A stretch of DNA of 64,000 bases from Pyrinomonadaceae bacterium (GCA_046313635.1 JBKBYA010000014.1:11318-75317); one strand, 5' to 3'. Positions 38,293 through 47,628 are shown, numbered from the stretch's first letter. Notes: generated by a model from the sequence alone, not told the origin. Translations and numbers: made by a program.

Positions 38293-38745
38293 ATGGCAAA
38301 GACCGACATCTCCGAAGAAACCAGACCGAAGCCGCTTAAAGAGATCATCGAAAACCTCAGCAGGGAGATCCCGAAGCGGCTGCTCAAGACCAAGCCGGCA
38401 GGCGGCGGCGGCAACCAGAAGTTGACCTTCATCGAGTGGCATACGGCCGTGAAGTTCCTCGACCTGTACGCCCCCGGCTGGTGCTACGACGTATCGGTCG
38501 CCGGTATCCTCCCGGCCCCCGAACGCCTGCCGAACGACAAAAAATCTCATCGCGGCAAGGTGATCATCAAAGCGACGATCTCGATCCCGACGGCCGACCA
38601 CGGTGTGGTCTCGCGTTCGTCGCTCGGCATCGAGGACGACGTCGTCACCGGATACGGAGACCCGTCGTCCAACGCCGAGTCGATGGCACTGCGGCGTGCG
38701 GCGTCGAAATTCGGGCTGGGACTGTACCTCTACGAGAAGGGCTAG
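38293..38745 (+). CDS. Rad52/Rad22-family ssDNA annealing protein
   Basis: I.WH.....L..YAPGW, YGDP.S.AE.MA.RRA..KFGLGLYLY motifs. Confidence 0.88.
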   Translation: MAKTDISEETRPKPLKEIIENLSREIPKRLLKTKPAGGGGNQKLTFIEWHTAVKFLDLYAPGWCYDVSVAGILPAPERLPNDKKSHRGKVIIKATISIPTADHGVVSRSSLGIEDDVVTGYGDPSSNAESMALRRAASKFGLGLYLYEKG

Positions 38746-38749
38746 GCCA

Positions 38750-38779
38750 ATCGCTTCTGTCTGTCACTTGTGATATACT
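38750..38779 (+). promoter_or_regulatory. putative late promoter for the fibre module
   Basis: ATCGCT-18 nt-TATACT with extended TG; resembles 14647-14676. Confidence 0.5.
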
Positions 38780-38860
38780 TAATAGTGTGGTCCCTGCCCT
38801 CACCGCGGGGCCGCACCTCCCGCTTTCAGACCCCTTCGGACAGACCAGATCCCCTAAAAC

Positions 38861-39280
38861 ATGGCCACTTTCAATAAATTCCAGCCCTTTATCGAAGACG
38901 TATTCGAGGGCGTACACAACTTCGGGTCGCACCAGTTGGTTGTCGCGCTGTGCTCGGCAGCCAACGCTCCGGCCGCGACCAACCGCGTGCTCGCCGATCT
39001 GACCCAGATCGCGTACACCAACCTCTCGAGCCGCAACATCACGTCGGGCACGAGCTCGCAGACCTCGGGAACGTACAAGCTGTTTTTGACCGACCTCGTG
39101 CTCACGGCATCGGGTGCGGTCGCCTCGTTCCAGTATGTAGTGATCTACAACGACACCCCGACCTCGCCCGCCGACCCGCTGGTCGGCTACTACGACCACG
39201 GCTCGGTCGTGACGCTCGCGTCCGGCGAAACGTATACGATCGACTTTGACGGCACAAACGGCTTTATCCAGGCCAGCTAA
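38861..39280 (+). CDS. small beta-rich virion protein (putative fibre subunit)
   Basis: MATFNKF...L.VAL...YVV.YNDT...L.GY.D.G..TL..GET...F pattern recalled from phage virion proteins. Confidence 0.7.
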   Translation: MATFNKFQPFIEDVFEGVHNFGSHQLVVALCSAANAPAATNRVLADLTQIAYTNLSSRNITSGTSSQTSGTYKLFLTDLVLTASGAVASFQYVVIYNDTPTSPADPLVGYYDHGSVVTLASGETYTIDFDGTNGFIQAS

Positions 39281-39296
39281 AGGAGAGAGACATCAA

Positions 39297-39707
39297 ATGA
39301 CAGAAGAGCAATATCAGGACAAGGTGCGGTTTGCCGACAACATCCGAACCCAACTCAACGAAAAGAACGGCCGAGACATGTGTCCCGGCGCCGAGCCGTG
39401 CCCGCGGTGCGAGATCCTGCCTGTCGGCATGGTCAAGACCCCTTCGTACATCAAAGATGGTGTAGAGCTTCCGACGCTTTACGAGGTCGGCTGTGTGGTC
39501 TGCCCGCCCTATCTCATAGAGGCCGAGGGCGGTGTCGAGGTCAAGCTCGACGGCAAGGCGGCGACGGTCAAACGCCGGAGCTTCTCGGCCCGTGCCTACG
39601 GGTCGCCCGAGGCGGCCGTCGAGAAGTGGAACGCCGGCGACTTTGTCGAGGACACACACATCGACCGAAACATGCCGAAATCGGAGCTTGCCCGCATCGG
39701 CAAGTAG
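39297..39707 (+). CDS. hypothetical Zn-binding protein (CPRC, CVVC)
   Basis: AAGGAG RBS; within the fibre module. Confidence 0.65.
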   Translation: MTEEQYQDKVRFADNIRTQLNEKNGRDMCPGAEPCPRCEILPVGMVKTPSYIKDGVELPTLYEVGCVVCPPYLIEAEGGVEVKLDGKAATVKRRSFSARAYGSPEAAVEKWNAGDFVEDTHIDRNMPKSELARIGK

Positions 39708-39730
39708 TCTTTGACTTTCAAGCAGCAGTA

Positions 39731-39767
39731 AGGCCCGTCCGTCCGGATAGATGACGGGCGGGCTTTT
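39731..39767 (+). terminator. intrinsic terminator inside the fibre operon
   Basis: GCCCGTCCGTC/GACGGGCGGGC stem plus TTTT, 6 nt before the 39774 ATG. Confidence 0.7.
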
Positions 39768-39773
39768 CGTTCT

Positions 39774-42700
39774 ATGCCGATAACCTACTTCGGATCAGCC
39801 TCAACACCCGCCGACTCGTCGACGGCCACGAACGGAGCATCCCCGACCGCCGTCACGCCGCCAGCGTCTATGGTCGCCGGCGATCTCGTTGTGATGATCG
39901 GCCAGATGCGGTCGAACACTGCCGGCATCGCGCTGTCGGCCACGGGCGGCCAGACGTGGAACACGTCTCAGGTCCAGCAAAATCCGACCAACACGATCGG
40001 TTATCGAGTCTTTTGGTGTCGTTTCAACGGCACTTGGTCGGCTAATCCGTCAATCAGTTTTCCCTTTACAACATGCACCTCGGTTCAGATGCACGTCTTT
40101 CGTCCCAGCGCGAGCACAAACCTGTGGGTTCTTGAGTCTATCGCGTACAGCACTACGTTAGGAGCGACCGGCTACGGCTTTGGTCCCAGCGCGACCGTCG
40201 ACAGCTTTGGCCGGTCGGCTGTTCTGATCGGCGGTGCGCACACTCCCGATGACAACACTCACACTTTGACCGCCGGCACTACGGGCTTCTCCGTGCTCGG
40301 TAGTGCTCAGTATCGCAACACGTCCGGCACCGATCAGTCTGCCGCTTATTGCTACAAGATACTCTCTGCACCGGCTGACAATCAGCAAGTGCCGAACGAC
40401 AATCAGGCGACGCTTGGCCCTGATGACGCCGGAACGTGGATGGCGATCTTTCGTGAGATCGACGAGCTTCCGACGATCACGCCAAATACGGCAAACGCAA
40501 CTTCTTTTAGCACGACGACGCCGACACTCGAAGCGACAGCTAACGATCCCGGTGGCCTTGACCTTCGTTATCAGTTCCAGCTTTTTACGTCGACTGCGGA
40601 GTTAAAGAATAATAGTTACGAACCGGCGACCTTCGCGACAAGCGTCGGCGTCAGCGATTTGACTACCGTCGGACAAACGTTCACATCGCTAGGCGGGACC
40701 TTACACCGAATCGAGATCGCAATGGGCCGGATCGGCAACGGTTACGGGAAAGTACGATGTGCGTTGTACGCGACGAGCGGAGGACTTCCAACGGGATCGC
40801 CGCTGGCCGTGTCTCAAGAGGTCGACGTTGCGTCGCTTGGAGCCTTGTCTGCTACGTCCTTCGTATCGTTTGAGTTCGACGGGACGTACTCGACGACGAA
40901 CGGCGTAACTTACGCGTGGGGATTACTGCCGGGCATTACGCAGCACTACAACAATCTTAATGTCGGGGCTCAGAACGATTCTGACACGCCCTTCACAGGC
41001 GACCGGTTAAGTGGCACGATGAATCCGTCCGCCTCACCGCCGTATGGCGTTGCGGCAGGATGGTCAATCAATACCGGCTCGAACATTCTTTTCAAGTTCT
41101 ACACGCGCGGGACGTTGATGACCCGAACGAGCGGCACTCACGCCGGTTTTGCGAATACAGTCAACGGTGCCGACACCGATCCGTTCACTAACAATCAGAA
41201 GGTCTCGTTCACGGTACAAGCGCCAGACGCGCTCACATCCGGTCAAACGTACTATTGGCGAGCGCGAGCGGTGGACCCGAACGGCTCTGGCGAGTACGGA
41301 GCGTGGTCTACTTTGCGGTCCTTCACTATCACTGGGGGAGCGTACACACTTACTGCAGACGCCGGCTCTTTTTCCACCGCCGGCGGCGACGCCAATCTGC
41401 TCCGCGGGCTCAGAGCGACCGCCGACCTTGGGACTTTCACGTACACAGGTCAAGACGCCAACTTGAGCCGTGGGTTTAAGGTCGTCGCCGACGCCGGCAC
41501 GTTCTCGTACTCTTCCAACGACTCGAACCTTTTGTGGAACAGGGTGATCACAGCCGCCGGAGGGTCGTTCCTCTTCTCCGGCATCGACGCTGATCTTCTG
41601 CGAGGCCTGAAGATCACGGCCGATCAGGGCGCCTTTTCCTACTCGGGTCTCGACGCCGTTTTGTCGCGTCAGGTAACGCTTGCGGCAGGGCAGGGCGGGT
41701 TCTCTCTTACCGGACAGGCCGCAAACCTGTTGATCGGCTATCTTCTGTCGGCCGCCGGCGGATCGCTGTCGTACTCGGGGGTCGACGCGGCACTACGAAA
41801 AGGGTTCAACCTCACGGCCGACGCCGGGAGCTTTACCCTGACCGGTCAGGACGCGGCGCTTCTCGCCGGGCGTCTGCTCGCCGCCGCGGCCGGATCGTTC
41901 TCCTACTCGGGACAGAACGCCGCGACGCGAAGAGACGTCTTTCTGCAGGCTCTCGCAGGGACCTTCTCCCACAGCGGACAGGATGCCGTGCTTCGGCGCG
42001 ACGTATCCATCACCGCCGGTCCCGGATCGTTCGCGCTGACCGGCCAGAACGCAACGCTCCGCCGTGATGTGTCGCTGACGGCCGATGTCGGTGTGTTCGG
42101 CTACGCCGGCAACGCGGCATCACTGTTCCGATCGGTCTCTATCGCGGCCGATGCGGGGAGCTTTACAGTGTCGGGCCAAGACGCCGGACTGCGGTGGGGT
42201 CGTATGTTGGCGGCCGACGCCGGTGTCTACGGCTTCACCGGAGCTGACGCCAACCTGCTTCGCGGGCTGAAGATCGTAGCCGAGGCTGGGCTCTACTCAC
42301 TGGTCGGCCAGGACGCGAATCTCGTCTACTCGCCGGTAAACAACCACACACTGGCCGCGGGCCCCGGGAGCTTCTCCTACACGGGCGGGGACGCAGGATT
42401 GCTGCGCGGTCTGAAGCTGACCGCCCAGCACGGCGCGTTCAGCCTGTCCCCGCAGGACGCTTCGCTTCTCCGCGGTCTTGTTGTCCAGTCCGGGGCCGGT
42501 GCATTCTCGACCGAAGGACAAGACGCCGCACTCCTGCACGGAAGGGTGCTGGCGGCCTCTCCCGGAACATTCTCCTACGACGGAACGGACGGTGGTCTTT
42601 ACCGCGGCATTCGCCTGGTGGCCGACGGAGGGGCCTTTGCCTACGACGGCGGTGCGGCCTCTCTCTTCCACGCTTACGTCCTCAATCTTGAGACGGGAGA

Positions 42701-42995
42701 GTTCACCTACTCCGGGTCCGCTGCGGTGCTGACCTACGGCCAGCGGGTCGTGATCCACCTCTGCGAGCCTCTCGTCTCGACATTTGTCGGCGACGGCGTC
42801 CTGACGAACGTTACGGGTACCGGAGAACTCGTCAACATATTTAACGCGTCGGAGCTGACGACAACTGCCAACGACGACGGAACCCTTACCCTCGCCATGA
42901 CGCTCACCGGAGAGCTGACCGACGTCCTTAACGACTCTGACCTGATCATCAACCTGCTCGACGACGGAAGCCTGTCGACCGAGAACCTCTGCTAA
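39774..42995 (+). CDS. large virion fibre-like protein: N-terminal beta domains, FN3-like domain, 21 tandem 22-aa repeats
   Basis: TYYWR.RA.D....G.WS FN3 end; repeats xxLxADxGxFxYxGxDAxLxRG. Confidence 0.8.
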   Translation: MPITYFGSASTPADSSTATNGASPTAVTPPASMVAGDLVVMIGQMRSNTAGIALSATGGQTWNTSQVQQNPTNTIGYRVFWCRFNGTWSANPSISFPFTTCTSVQMHVFRPSASTNLWVLESIAYSTTLGATGYGFGPSATVDSFGRSAVLIGGAHTPDDNTHTLTAGTTGFSVLGSAQYRNTSGTDQSAAYCYKILSAPADNQQVPNDNQATLGPDDAGTWMAIFREIDELPTITPNTANATSFSTTTPTLEATANDPGGLDLRYQFQLFTSTAELKNNSYEPATFATSVGVSDLTTVGQTFTSLGGTLHRIEIAMGRIGNGYGKVRCALYATSGGLPTGSPLAVSQEVDVASLGALSATSFVSFEFDGTYSTTNGVTYAWGLLPGITQHYNNLNVGAQNDSDTPFTGDRLSGTMNPSASPPYGVAAGWSINTGSNILFKFYTRGTLMTRTSGTHAGFANTVNGADTDPFTNNQKVSFTVQAPDALTSGQTYYWRARAVDPNGSGEYGAWSTLRSFTITGGAYTLTADAGSFSTAGGDANLLRGLRATADLGTFTYTGQDANLSRGFKVVADAGTFSYSSNDSNLLWNRVITAAGGSFLFSGIDADLLRGLKITADQGAFSYSGLDAVLSRQVTLAAGQGGFSLTGQAANLLIGYLLSAAGGSLSYSGVDAALRKGFNLTADAGSFTLTGQDAALLAGRLLAAAAGSFSYSGQNAATRRDVFLQALAGTFSHSGQDAVLRRDVSITAGPGSFALTGQNATLRRDVSLTADVGVFGYAGNAASLFRSVSIAADAGSFTVSGQDAGLRWGRMLAADAGVYGFTGADANLLRGLKIVAEAGLYSLVGQDANLVYSPVNNHTLAAGPGSFSYTGGDAGLLRGLKLTAQHGAFSLSPQDASLLRGLVVQSGAGAFSTEGQDAALLHGRVLAASPGTFSYDGTDGGLYRGIRLVADGGAFAYDGGAASLFHAYVLNLETGEFTYSGSAAVLTYGQRVVIHLCEPLVSTFVGDGVLTNVTGTGELVNIFNASELTTTANDDGTLTLAMTLTGELTDVLNDSDLIINLLDDGSLSTENLC
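41343..42740 (+). repeat. 21 degenerate 66-nt (22-aa) coding repeats with one 4-aa insertion
   Basis: 1398 nt = 466 aa = 21x22 + 4 (PVNN); counted by hand. Confidence 0.9.
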
Positions 42996-42999
42996 AGAC

Positions 43000-43347
43000 A
43001 TGCCAAATACTTTTTACCTGAAGAAGGGCGACACATCGCCTGCGATCGAAACCATCCTCTCGGACGCCAACGGGCCGGTAGACCTGACCGGAGCGACCGT
43101 GGTCCTCAGAATGAGTCCGGACGGCGGAGGCAATCCGATGTTGGTCGCGACCGCGACCGTGGTCACTCCGCAGACCGGCGAAGACCTCGGCAAGGTCACA
43201 TACGACTGGCAGGAAGGCGATACCGATTTTGTCGGCACACACAAGGCCGAGTGGCGCGTTACTTTTGCGAACGGCAAAAAGGCGACGTGGCCGCGCGGCT
43301 CGGCAGACACATTTGACCTGATAGTGATCCAGGACGAGGTCACGTAA
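43000..43347 (+). CDS. BppU-N-like adaptor (Ig-like virion attachment protein)
   Basis: K.GDT.....L.D..G.VDLTGATV...G.V.Y.W...DT...G...E..VT...G...T.P pattern. Confidence 0.75.
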   Translation: MPNTFYLKKGDTSPAIETILSDANGPVDLTGATVVLRMSPDGGGNPMLVATATVVTPQTGEDLGKVTYDWQEGDTDFVGTHKAEWRVTFANGKKATWPRGSADTFDLIVIQDEVT

Positions 43348-43356
43348 AACCCAACT

Positions 43357-43953
43357 ATGTCAATTACAGCAATGATCGTGATCGCGGTCGCGGCGGCGGC
43401 CGCGCTGTTCATCTGGAGGCTCGTGGTAGTAGGCCGCGAGGTAAAGAAGATCCACCGAGATCTGGACGGGCTCGGGATACCGAAACACAAGGCGAAGTTC
43501 AAGTACTCGACCCGGACGTTCGACGGCGTCAAGGTGATCTCGACCGTCCCGGTGCCGGAAGAAGCGATCCGCGAGATCGACGAGGGCATCTCGATCCTGT
43601 TCGATCACCAAGACGCACGCCGGCCGGAATGGGACAAGATGCGCGACCCCGCGGAGTTCACCGTACTTTTTATCGAGCCGCACGGAGTGAATGTCGAGAC
43701 CGAGCCCGGTGCCCCGCACCTGTCGGTGGGCGGCGTGACGACCGCCGGGACCAACATCGGTGCGGCGCCCAACCAGGCGTGCGACCGTCCCTACCTGGTA
43801 CTGCCGCATCAGAAGGACCAGGAGTGGCGTTTTCTCGAATATCTGAGGAACTCAGTCTTTTACGAGGGCGAGCACGTCCGCGAGTGGGCCAACGACCCGG
43901 CCGTCTGGGCCAGGTTCGTCGGTGCCGGCGACTCGCATCCGCACGAGATCTGA
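43357..43953 (+). CDS. membrane-anchored hypothetical protein
   Basis: N-terminal TM (MIVIAVAAAAALFIW), 198 aa. Confidence 0.7.
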   Translation: MSITAMIVIAVAAAAALFIWRLVVVGREVKKIHRDLDGLGIPKHKAKFKYSTRTFDGVKVISTVPVPEEAIREIDEGISILFDHQDARRPEWDKMRDPAEFTVLFIEPHGVNVETEPGAPHLSVGGVTTAGTNIGAAPNQACDRPYLVLPHQKDQEWRFLEYLRNSVFYEGEHVREWANDPAVWARFVGAGDSHPHEI

Positions 43954-43976
43954 CGAGAGGTCGAACCGCCAAATCG

Positions 43977-44009
43977 AAACCCCCGAGTTTTGCTGCTCGG
44001 GGGTTTTTT
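43977..44009 (+). terminator. intrinsic (likely bidirectional) terminator
   Basis: AAACCCCCGAG/CTCGGGGGTTT stem plus T-run, between convergent genes. Confidence 0.85.
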
Positions 44010-44293
44010 CAGTGCGTACTCAGTTGGTGGATAGGGCCCTCTGAAATCGGAGGATCGATCGAGGACTGAGAAGGCAGGGCCTCACATGCTGACTCAGTCC
44101 TCGCTTTTTTTCTCTTTTGGTACTCCCCTTTTCCTCGCGGCTTCAGATTGAGCACCTCGTCGCGGTCGACGTAGGTATTGCCGTCCAGGTCGAAAGAAAC
44201 AAGATTGCCCATCTTGATGTGGTAATAGATTGACTGCCGACGAACCCCTTTTAGCTTGGCGGCCGTGGCGACGCGTATCCAAGTTCTGGCCAT
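44009..44293 (-). CDS. MerR/excisionase-like HTH DNA-binding protein
   Basis: MARTWIRVATAAKLKGVRRQSIYYHIKMGNL...YV HTH_17-like pattern; start uncertain (ORF extends to 44560). Confidence 0.75.
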   Translation of the reverse strand: MARTWIRVATAAKLKGVRRQSIYYHIKMGNLVSFDLDGNTYVDRDEVLNLKPRGKGEYQKRKKARTESACEALPSQSSIDPPISEGPIHQLSTH

Positions 44294-44566
44294 ATTTGTA
44301 TGGAGGGATAGGCCACCCCATTGATTTGGACTACGGTACTGCTGTATTCCGAGGGTGGGCACGTACGGATTGTTATTCATAATACTTCCCCTTGTCAAGT
44401 AAATTTCTTGTCGAAAAAACACGCCCGGGCCCGCCGGAGAGCGTCCGCCGGACGCCGGATCTGATACGAGATCGGGCCGCGGCGTCGACGGGTGACAAAC
44501 GAAGCCGGCCGCCCCTTGCGACCCGCAGCCCGGACTCGAAATGCAGGACATTATCTGCATTTCGGT

Positions 44567-44595
44567 ACTGTAGCAATTAGAATTTTATATGTCTA
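44567..44595 (-). promoter_or_regulatory. leftward promoter of a divergent control region
   Basis: Minus strand TAGACA-17 nt-TACAGT with extended TG. Confidence 0.55.
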
Positions 44596-44630
44596 CTGTA
44601 AATCATCTATAGAGACGGTCTGGCTACCAC

Positions 44631-44660
44631 TTGACAAAGAAATTTTGGCTGTGGTAGATT
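44631..44660 (+). promoter_or_regulatory. rightward promoter for the replication operon
   Basis: TTGACA-18 nt-TAGATT with extended TG. Confidence 0.75.
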
Positions 44661-44873
44661 CGTTTCACGCTGTCGAACCGGACGGCGGGTAGTACCGGGG
44701 ATGTTCATCCCGAACCTGGGGAAAAATTTAACTGCAGTCAAAAGGAAAGGGCCGTCCGGGACGCCTCCCGAACAGCCCTACTGACCATATATGCGTGGAC
44801 ACGCTCTCGCACGAGCACGCCGGCACATTGGTAATATTACCGCCCTGCCGGCCTGCCAGTCAAGTTACATCCT

Positions 44874-45755
44874 ATGAGTTCAGTCTCGTTCTCGCTCAAG
44901 CCGATCGTCGCTGACGTCGAGATGATCAGCCGGAGCCTGCTCTGCAACCCGAAGCTGTCGGCGGCGAGTCTCGGTGTGTTCTGCTTCACGCTCGGCGTCT
45001 TCGGCGGCCGCGACTTCACGATAGACGATCTGGTCGCGGCGTGGAACGAAGCGGGACGGTCGCGGGAGAACTCGCTCGGCCGGGACCGGATGCGGAGACT
45101 CGTCAACGAATGGCGTCTCGCGGGATTTGTCTACGACACGGTCGAGACGGACGACGAGGGACGTGTGGCGGCGAAGAAGTTCGCGATATTTCCACAGGTC
45201 GACGCCGCCCCTGTCCCGCGGGCAAAGGCCGCCGCGAAACCGACCAGCGAGGCACGCAAGTCGAAGCTGGCCCGCTTCCCCGCGGCGGAGGTCTTTCAGA
45301 ACTATTTCAATGTCGACCTCGATCTCGACGCGATCCAGTACATAGAAAAAGAGGCCGGCCCTCACCTGCAGGTCTGGGGACAGGTCTGTGCCGACCATTA
45401 CAACAGCCTCACGCAGCAGCAAAAAGACTCGATCACCTACAAGACCAGGGCCGTCAAGTTCGTGCTCCACGATCTGAGGTCGCATCTCGAGAAGCAGGCC
45501 CTGCGTGCGACCAAGACGCCCTTCGGTGCCGCGGCCGACGCCGAGCCGCCGGACCGGCCTAAGAAGAAGACCTTTGCGGACTACGTGAGCGGATACGAGT
45601 ACGGCTCGGCCGAGTACAAGAAGTTCAGGAAGGGATGGATCAAGCGGGCCGATGAGGCCGGAAATGCGGCGGCGATCGAGCAGGTAACGGAGTATGAAGG
45701 AATCAGATCAACACTGGACAAGCTACAAAAGAGAAAAGGAGGCGTCCAGAAGTGA
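44874..45755 (+). CDS. putative replication initiator/organiser (N-terminal winged HTH)
   Basis: N..LS....G...GRD......E...G.V pattern; precedes primase-helicase. Confidence 0.55.
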   Translation: MSSVSFSLKPIVADVEMISRSLLCNPKLSAASLGVFCFTLGVFGGRDFTIDDLVAAWNEAGRSRENSLGRDRMRRLVNEWRLAGFVYDTVETDDEGRVAAKKFAIFPQVDAAPVPRAKAAAKPTSEARKSKLARFPAAEVFQNYFNVDLDLDAIQYIEKEAGPHLQVWGQVCADHYNSLTQQQKDSITYKTRAVKFVLHDLRSHLEKQALRATKTPFGAAADAEPPDRPKKKTFADYVSGYEYGSAEYKKFRKGWIKRADEAGNAAAIEQVTEYEGIRSTLDKLQKRKGGVQK

Positions 45756-47628
45756 GATCTCTCAGGCCCTCACAAGCCTCGGCGGCGTCGTACCTGCCAG
45801 TGGTCATCTACGTTGTCCGTTTCACGACGACAAACACCCGAGTGCCACTCTCAAGCAGTCGGACGGCAAGTGGTTCTTTTCGTGCCATGCTGCGTCGTGC
45901 AATGTCTGCTACGACGTCTGGGATCTCGAAGGCCTGCTCGAAGGTAAGGACGCACAGACCATCTTGAAAGAGACGAAGAAGAGGGTTCTCGATGAGTATG
46001 ACCGAAAGCACGGCAACGCGAACGCGGGACGCGGGAACGACAGACATGCTGCGGGGCCTGCTGGCCGCGGAGACGGTCCATCTCGAACGCCAAAGGGCTT
46101 TGATACGGCAGAGCAGTGCGTGGATTGGGTCGTCGCCAAGCGGCGTGCTCAAGGCGAGGATCTTGATGTTGAAAGATTCCATCCGTACACAGACCCTGAC
46201 ACTGGCGAGGTACGAGTCCATGTTGTCAGGCTCCGGAACGCCGCGACCGGAAAGAAGTCATACACCCAGGTCTTCCTCGACAGAGAGACTGGACGATGGT
46301 CTCCCAAGAAGCCTAAAGATCTCGATCCCACGCCGTTGTATAACCGGATCAGAATTCGCGATGCCAAGAACATCCTTATGGTCGAGGGCGAAGCGTGTGT
46401 GGAGGCGTTTACACGGTTAGGCATGGAAGGATGGGCCGCGACAACGACGCTTGGCGGTGCGGGCAAGGCCGCCGCCGCCGACCTCACTCCGCTCGCGGGC
46501 AAGACCGTCTACCTGTGGGCCGACAACGACGACTACGACGAGAAGCTCAAACGATTTCCCGGCGAGCATCACATGCAGGAGATCGCCGACCGCCTGCTCA
46601 AGCTCTCGCCGGCGGTCACGATCCGCAGGGTCCGTTACGAGGAGCTCGATCTTTTGGCGAAGGGCGACATCGTCGACTATCTGGAGCAGTTCGGAACGGC
46701 GGAAGAGAAGATCGCCGCGTTGAAGCTGGTCTTTCAGGACGCCGAGTCGGTCGGGTCGGTCAAGGGCCTCCGCGAGCAGCTCGAGGCGATCGCCGCCGGA
46801 ACGTACGAACACATCCCGTTCCCGGACGCCGAGTGCCTGTCGGAGCTGTCGAAGGCGGGACTGCCCGGCACGGTGACACTGGTCTGCGGCGACCCCGGTG
46901 TGGCGAAGAGCTTTTGGGCACTCGAGAAATCGTGGAAGTGGCACCGGCAGGGACGCAAGGTCCGCGTGCTGATGCTCGAAGAGGACTTTGTCTACTGGCA
47001 GCGGCGGGCGATGGCCCAGATGGCGGGCGTCGCCGATGCGGCCGACGTCGACTGGATCAAGGGCCATCCGAAACGGGCGATGGAGATCTTTGCCGAGGTC
47101 GAGCCGATGCTCGAGAGCTTTTCGCGGCGGATCGACATCGCACCGTCGCGACCGACCATGCAGTGGTGTGCCGACTGGGTCGACCGGGCCGTCGACGAGG
47201 GGAACGACTGGATCGTGATCGACCCGATCACGGCCGCGGCGAGCTCGGACAAAACGTGGCTCGACGATCACGAGTTCCTCTTCAGCGTCAAGGAATCGAT
47301 CGTCCGCGGCGGGTCTCGGCTGCTGCTGACGACGCACCCGAAGCTCGACGTCAAGTCAAAACCGAGCCTCGCGGCGATGGCGGGCGGGGCGGCCTGGCCG
47401 AGGTTCTCGCAGACGGTGCTCTGGCTGCGGCTGCTCGACAAGGCCCAGAAGTCGGCGGTCGATCCCGGCGGCGGAGAGCTCATCGACGTCCATCACGAAC
47501 GCGAGATCCAGATACGAAAGGCCCGCAACGGACGCGGTGCCGGGTCGAACATCGCGACGATACTCGACCGCTCGACGCTCTGCTTTGTGGAGTGCGGGGA
47601 GATCGTCGACCTCGACCAGAATTCTTGA
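45694..47628 (+). CDS. primase-helicase (CHC2 Zn finger, TOPRIM, RecA-like helicase)
   Basis: CPFHDD..PS...C...C; VEGE; WADND; Walker A GDPGVAKS; VIDP; KARNG. Confidence 0.9.
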   Translation: MKESDQHWTSYKREKEASRSEISQALTSLGGVVPASGHLRCPFHDDKHPSATLKQSDGKWFFSCHAASCNVCYDVWDLEGLLEGKDAQTILKETKKRVLDEYDRKHGNANAGRGNDRHAAGPAGRGDGPSRTPKGFDTAEQCVDWVVAKRRAQGEDLDVERFHPYTDPDTGEVRVHVVRLRNAATGKKSYTQVFLDRETGRWSPKKPKDLDPTPLYNRIRIRDAKNILMVEGEACVEAFTRLGMEGWAATTTLGGAGKAAAADLTPLAGKTVYLWADNDDYDEKLKRFPGEHHMQEIADRLLKLSPAVTIRRVRYEELDLLAKGDIVDYLEQFGTAEEKIAALKLVFQDAESVGSVKGLREQLEAIAAGTYEHIPFPDAECLSELSKAGLPGTVTLVCGDPGVAKSFWALEKSWKWHRQGRKVRVLMLEEDFVYWQRRAMAQMAGVADAADVDWIKGHPKRAMEIFAEVEPMLESFSRRIDIAPSRPTMQWCADWVDRAVDEGNDWIVIDPITAAASSDKTWLDDHEFLFSVKESIVRGGSRLLLTTHPKLDVKSKPSLAAMAGGAAWPRFSQTVLWLRLLDKAQKSAVDPGGGELIDVHHEREIQIRKARNGRGAGSNIATILDRSTLCFVECGEIVDLDQNS

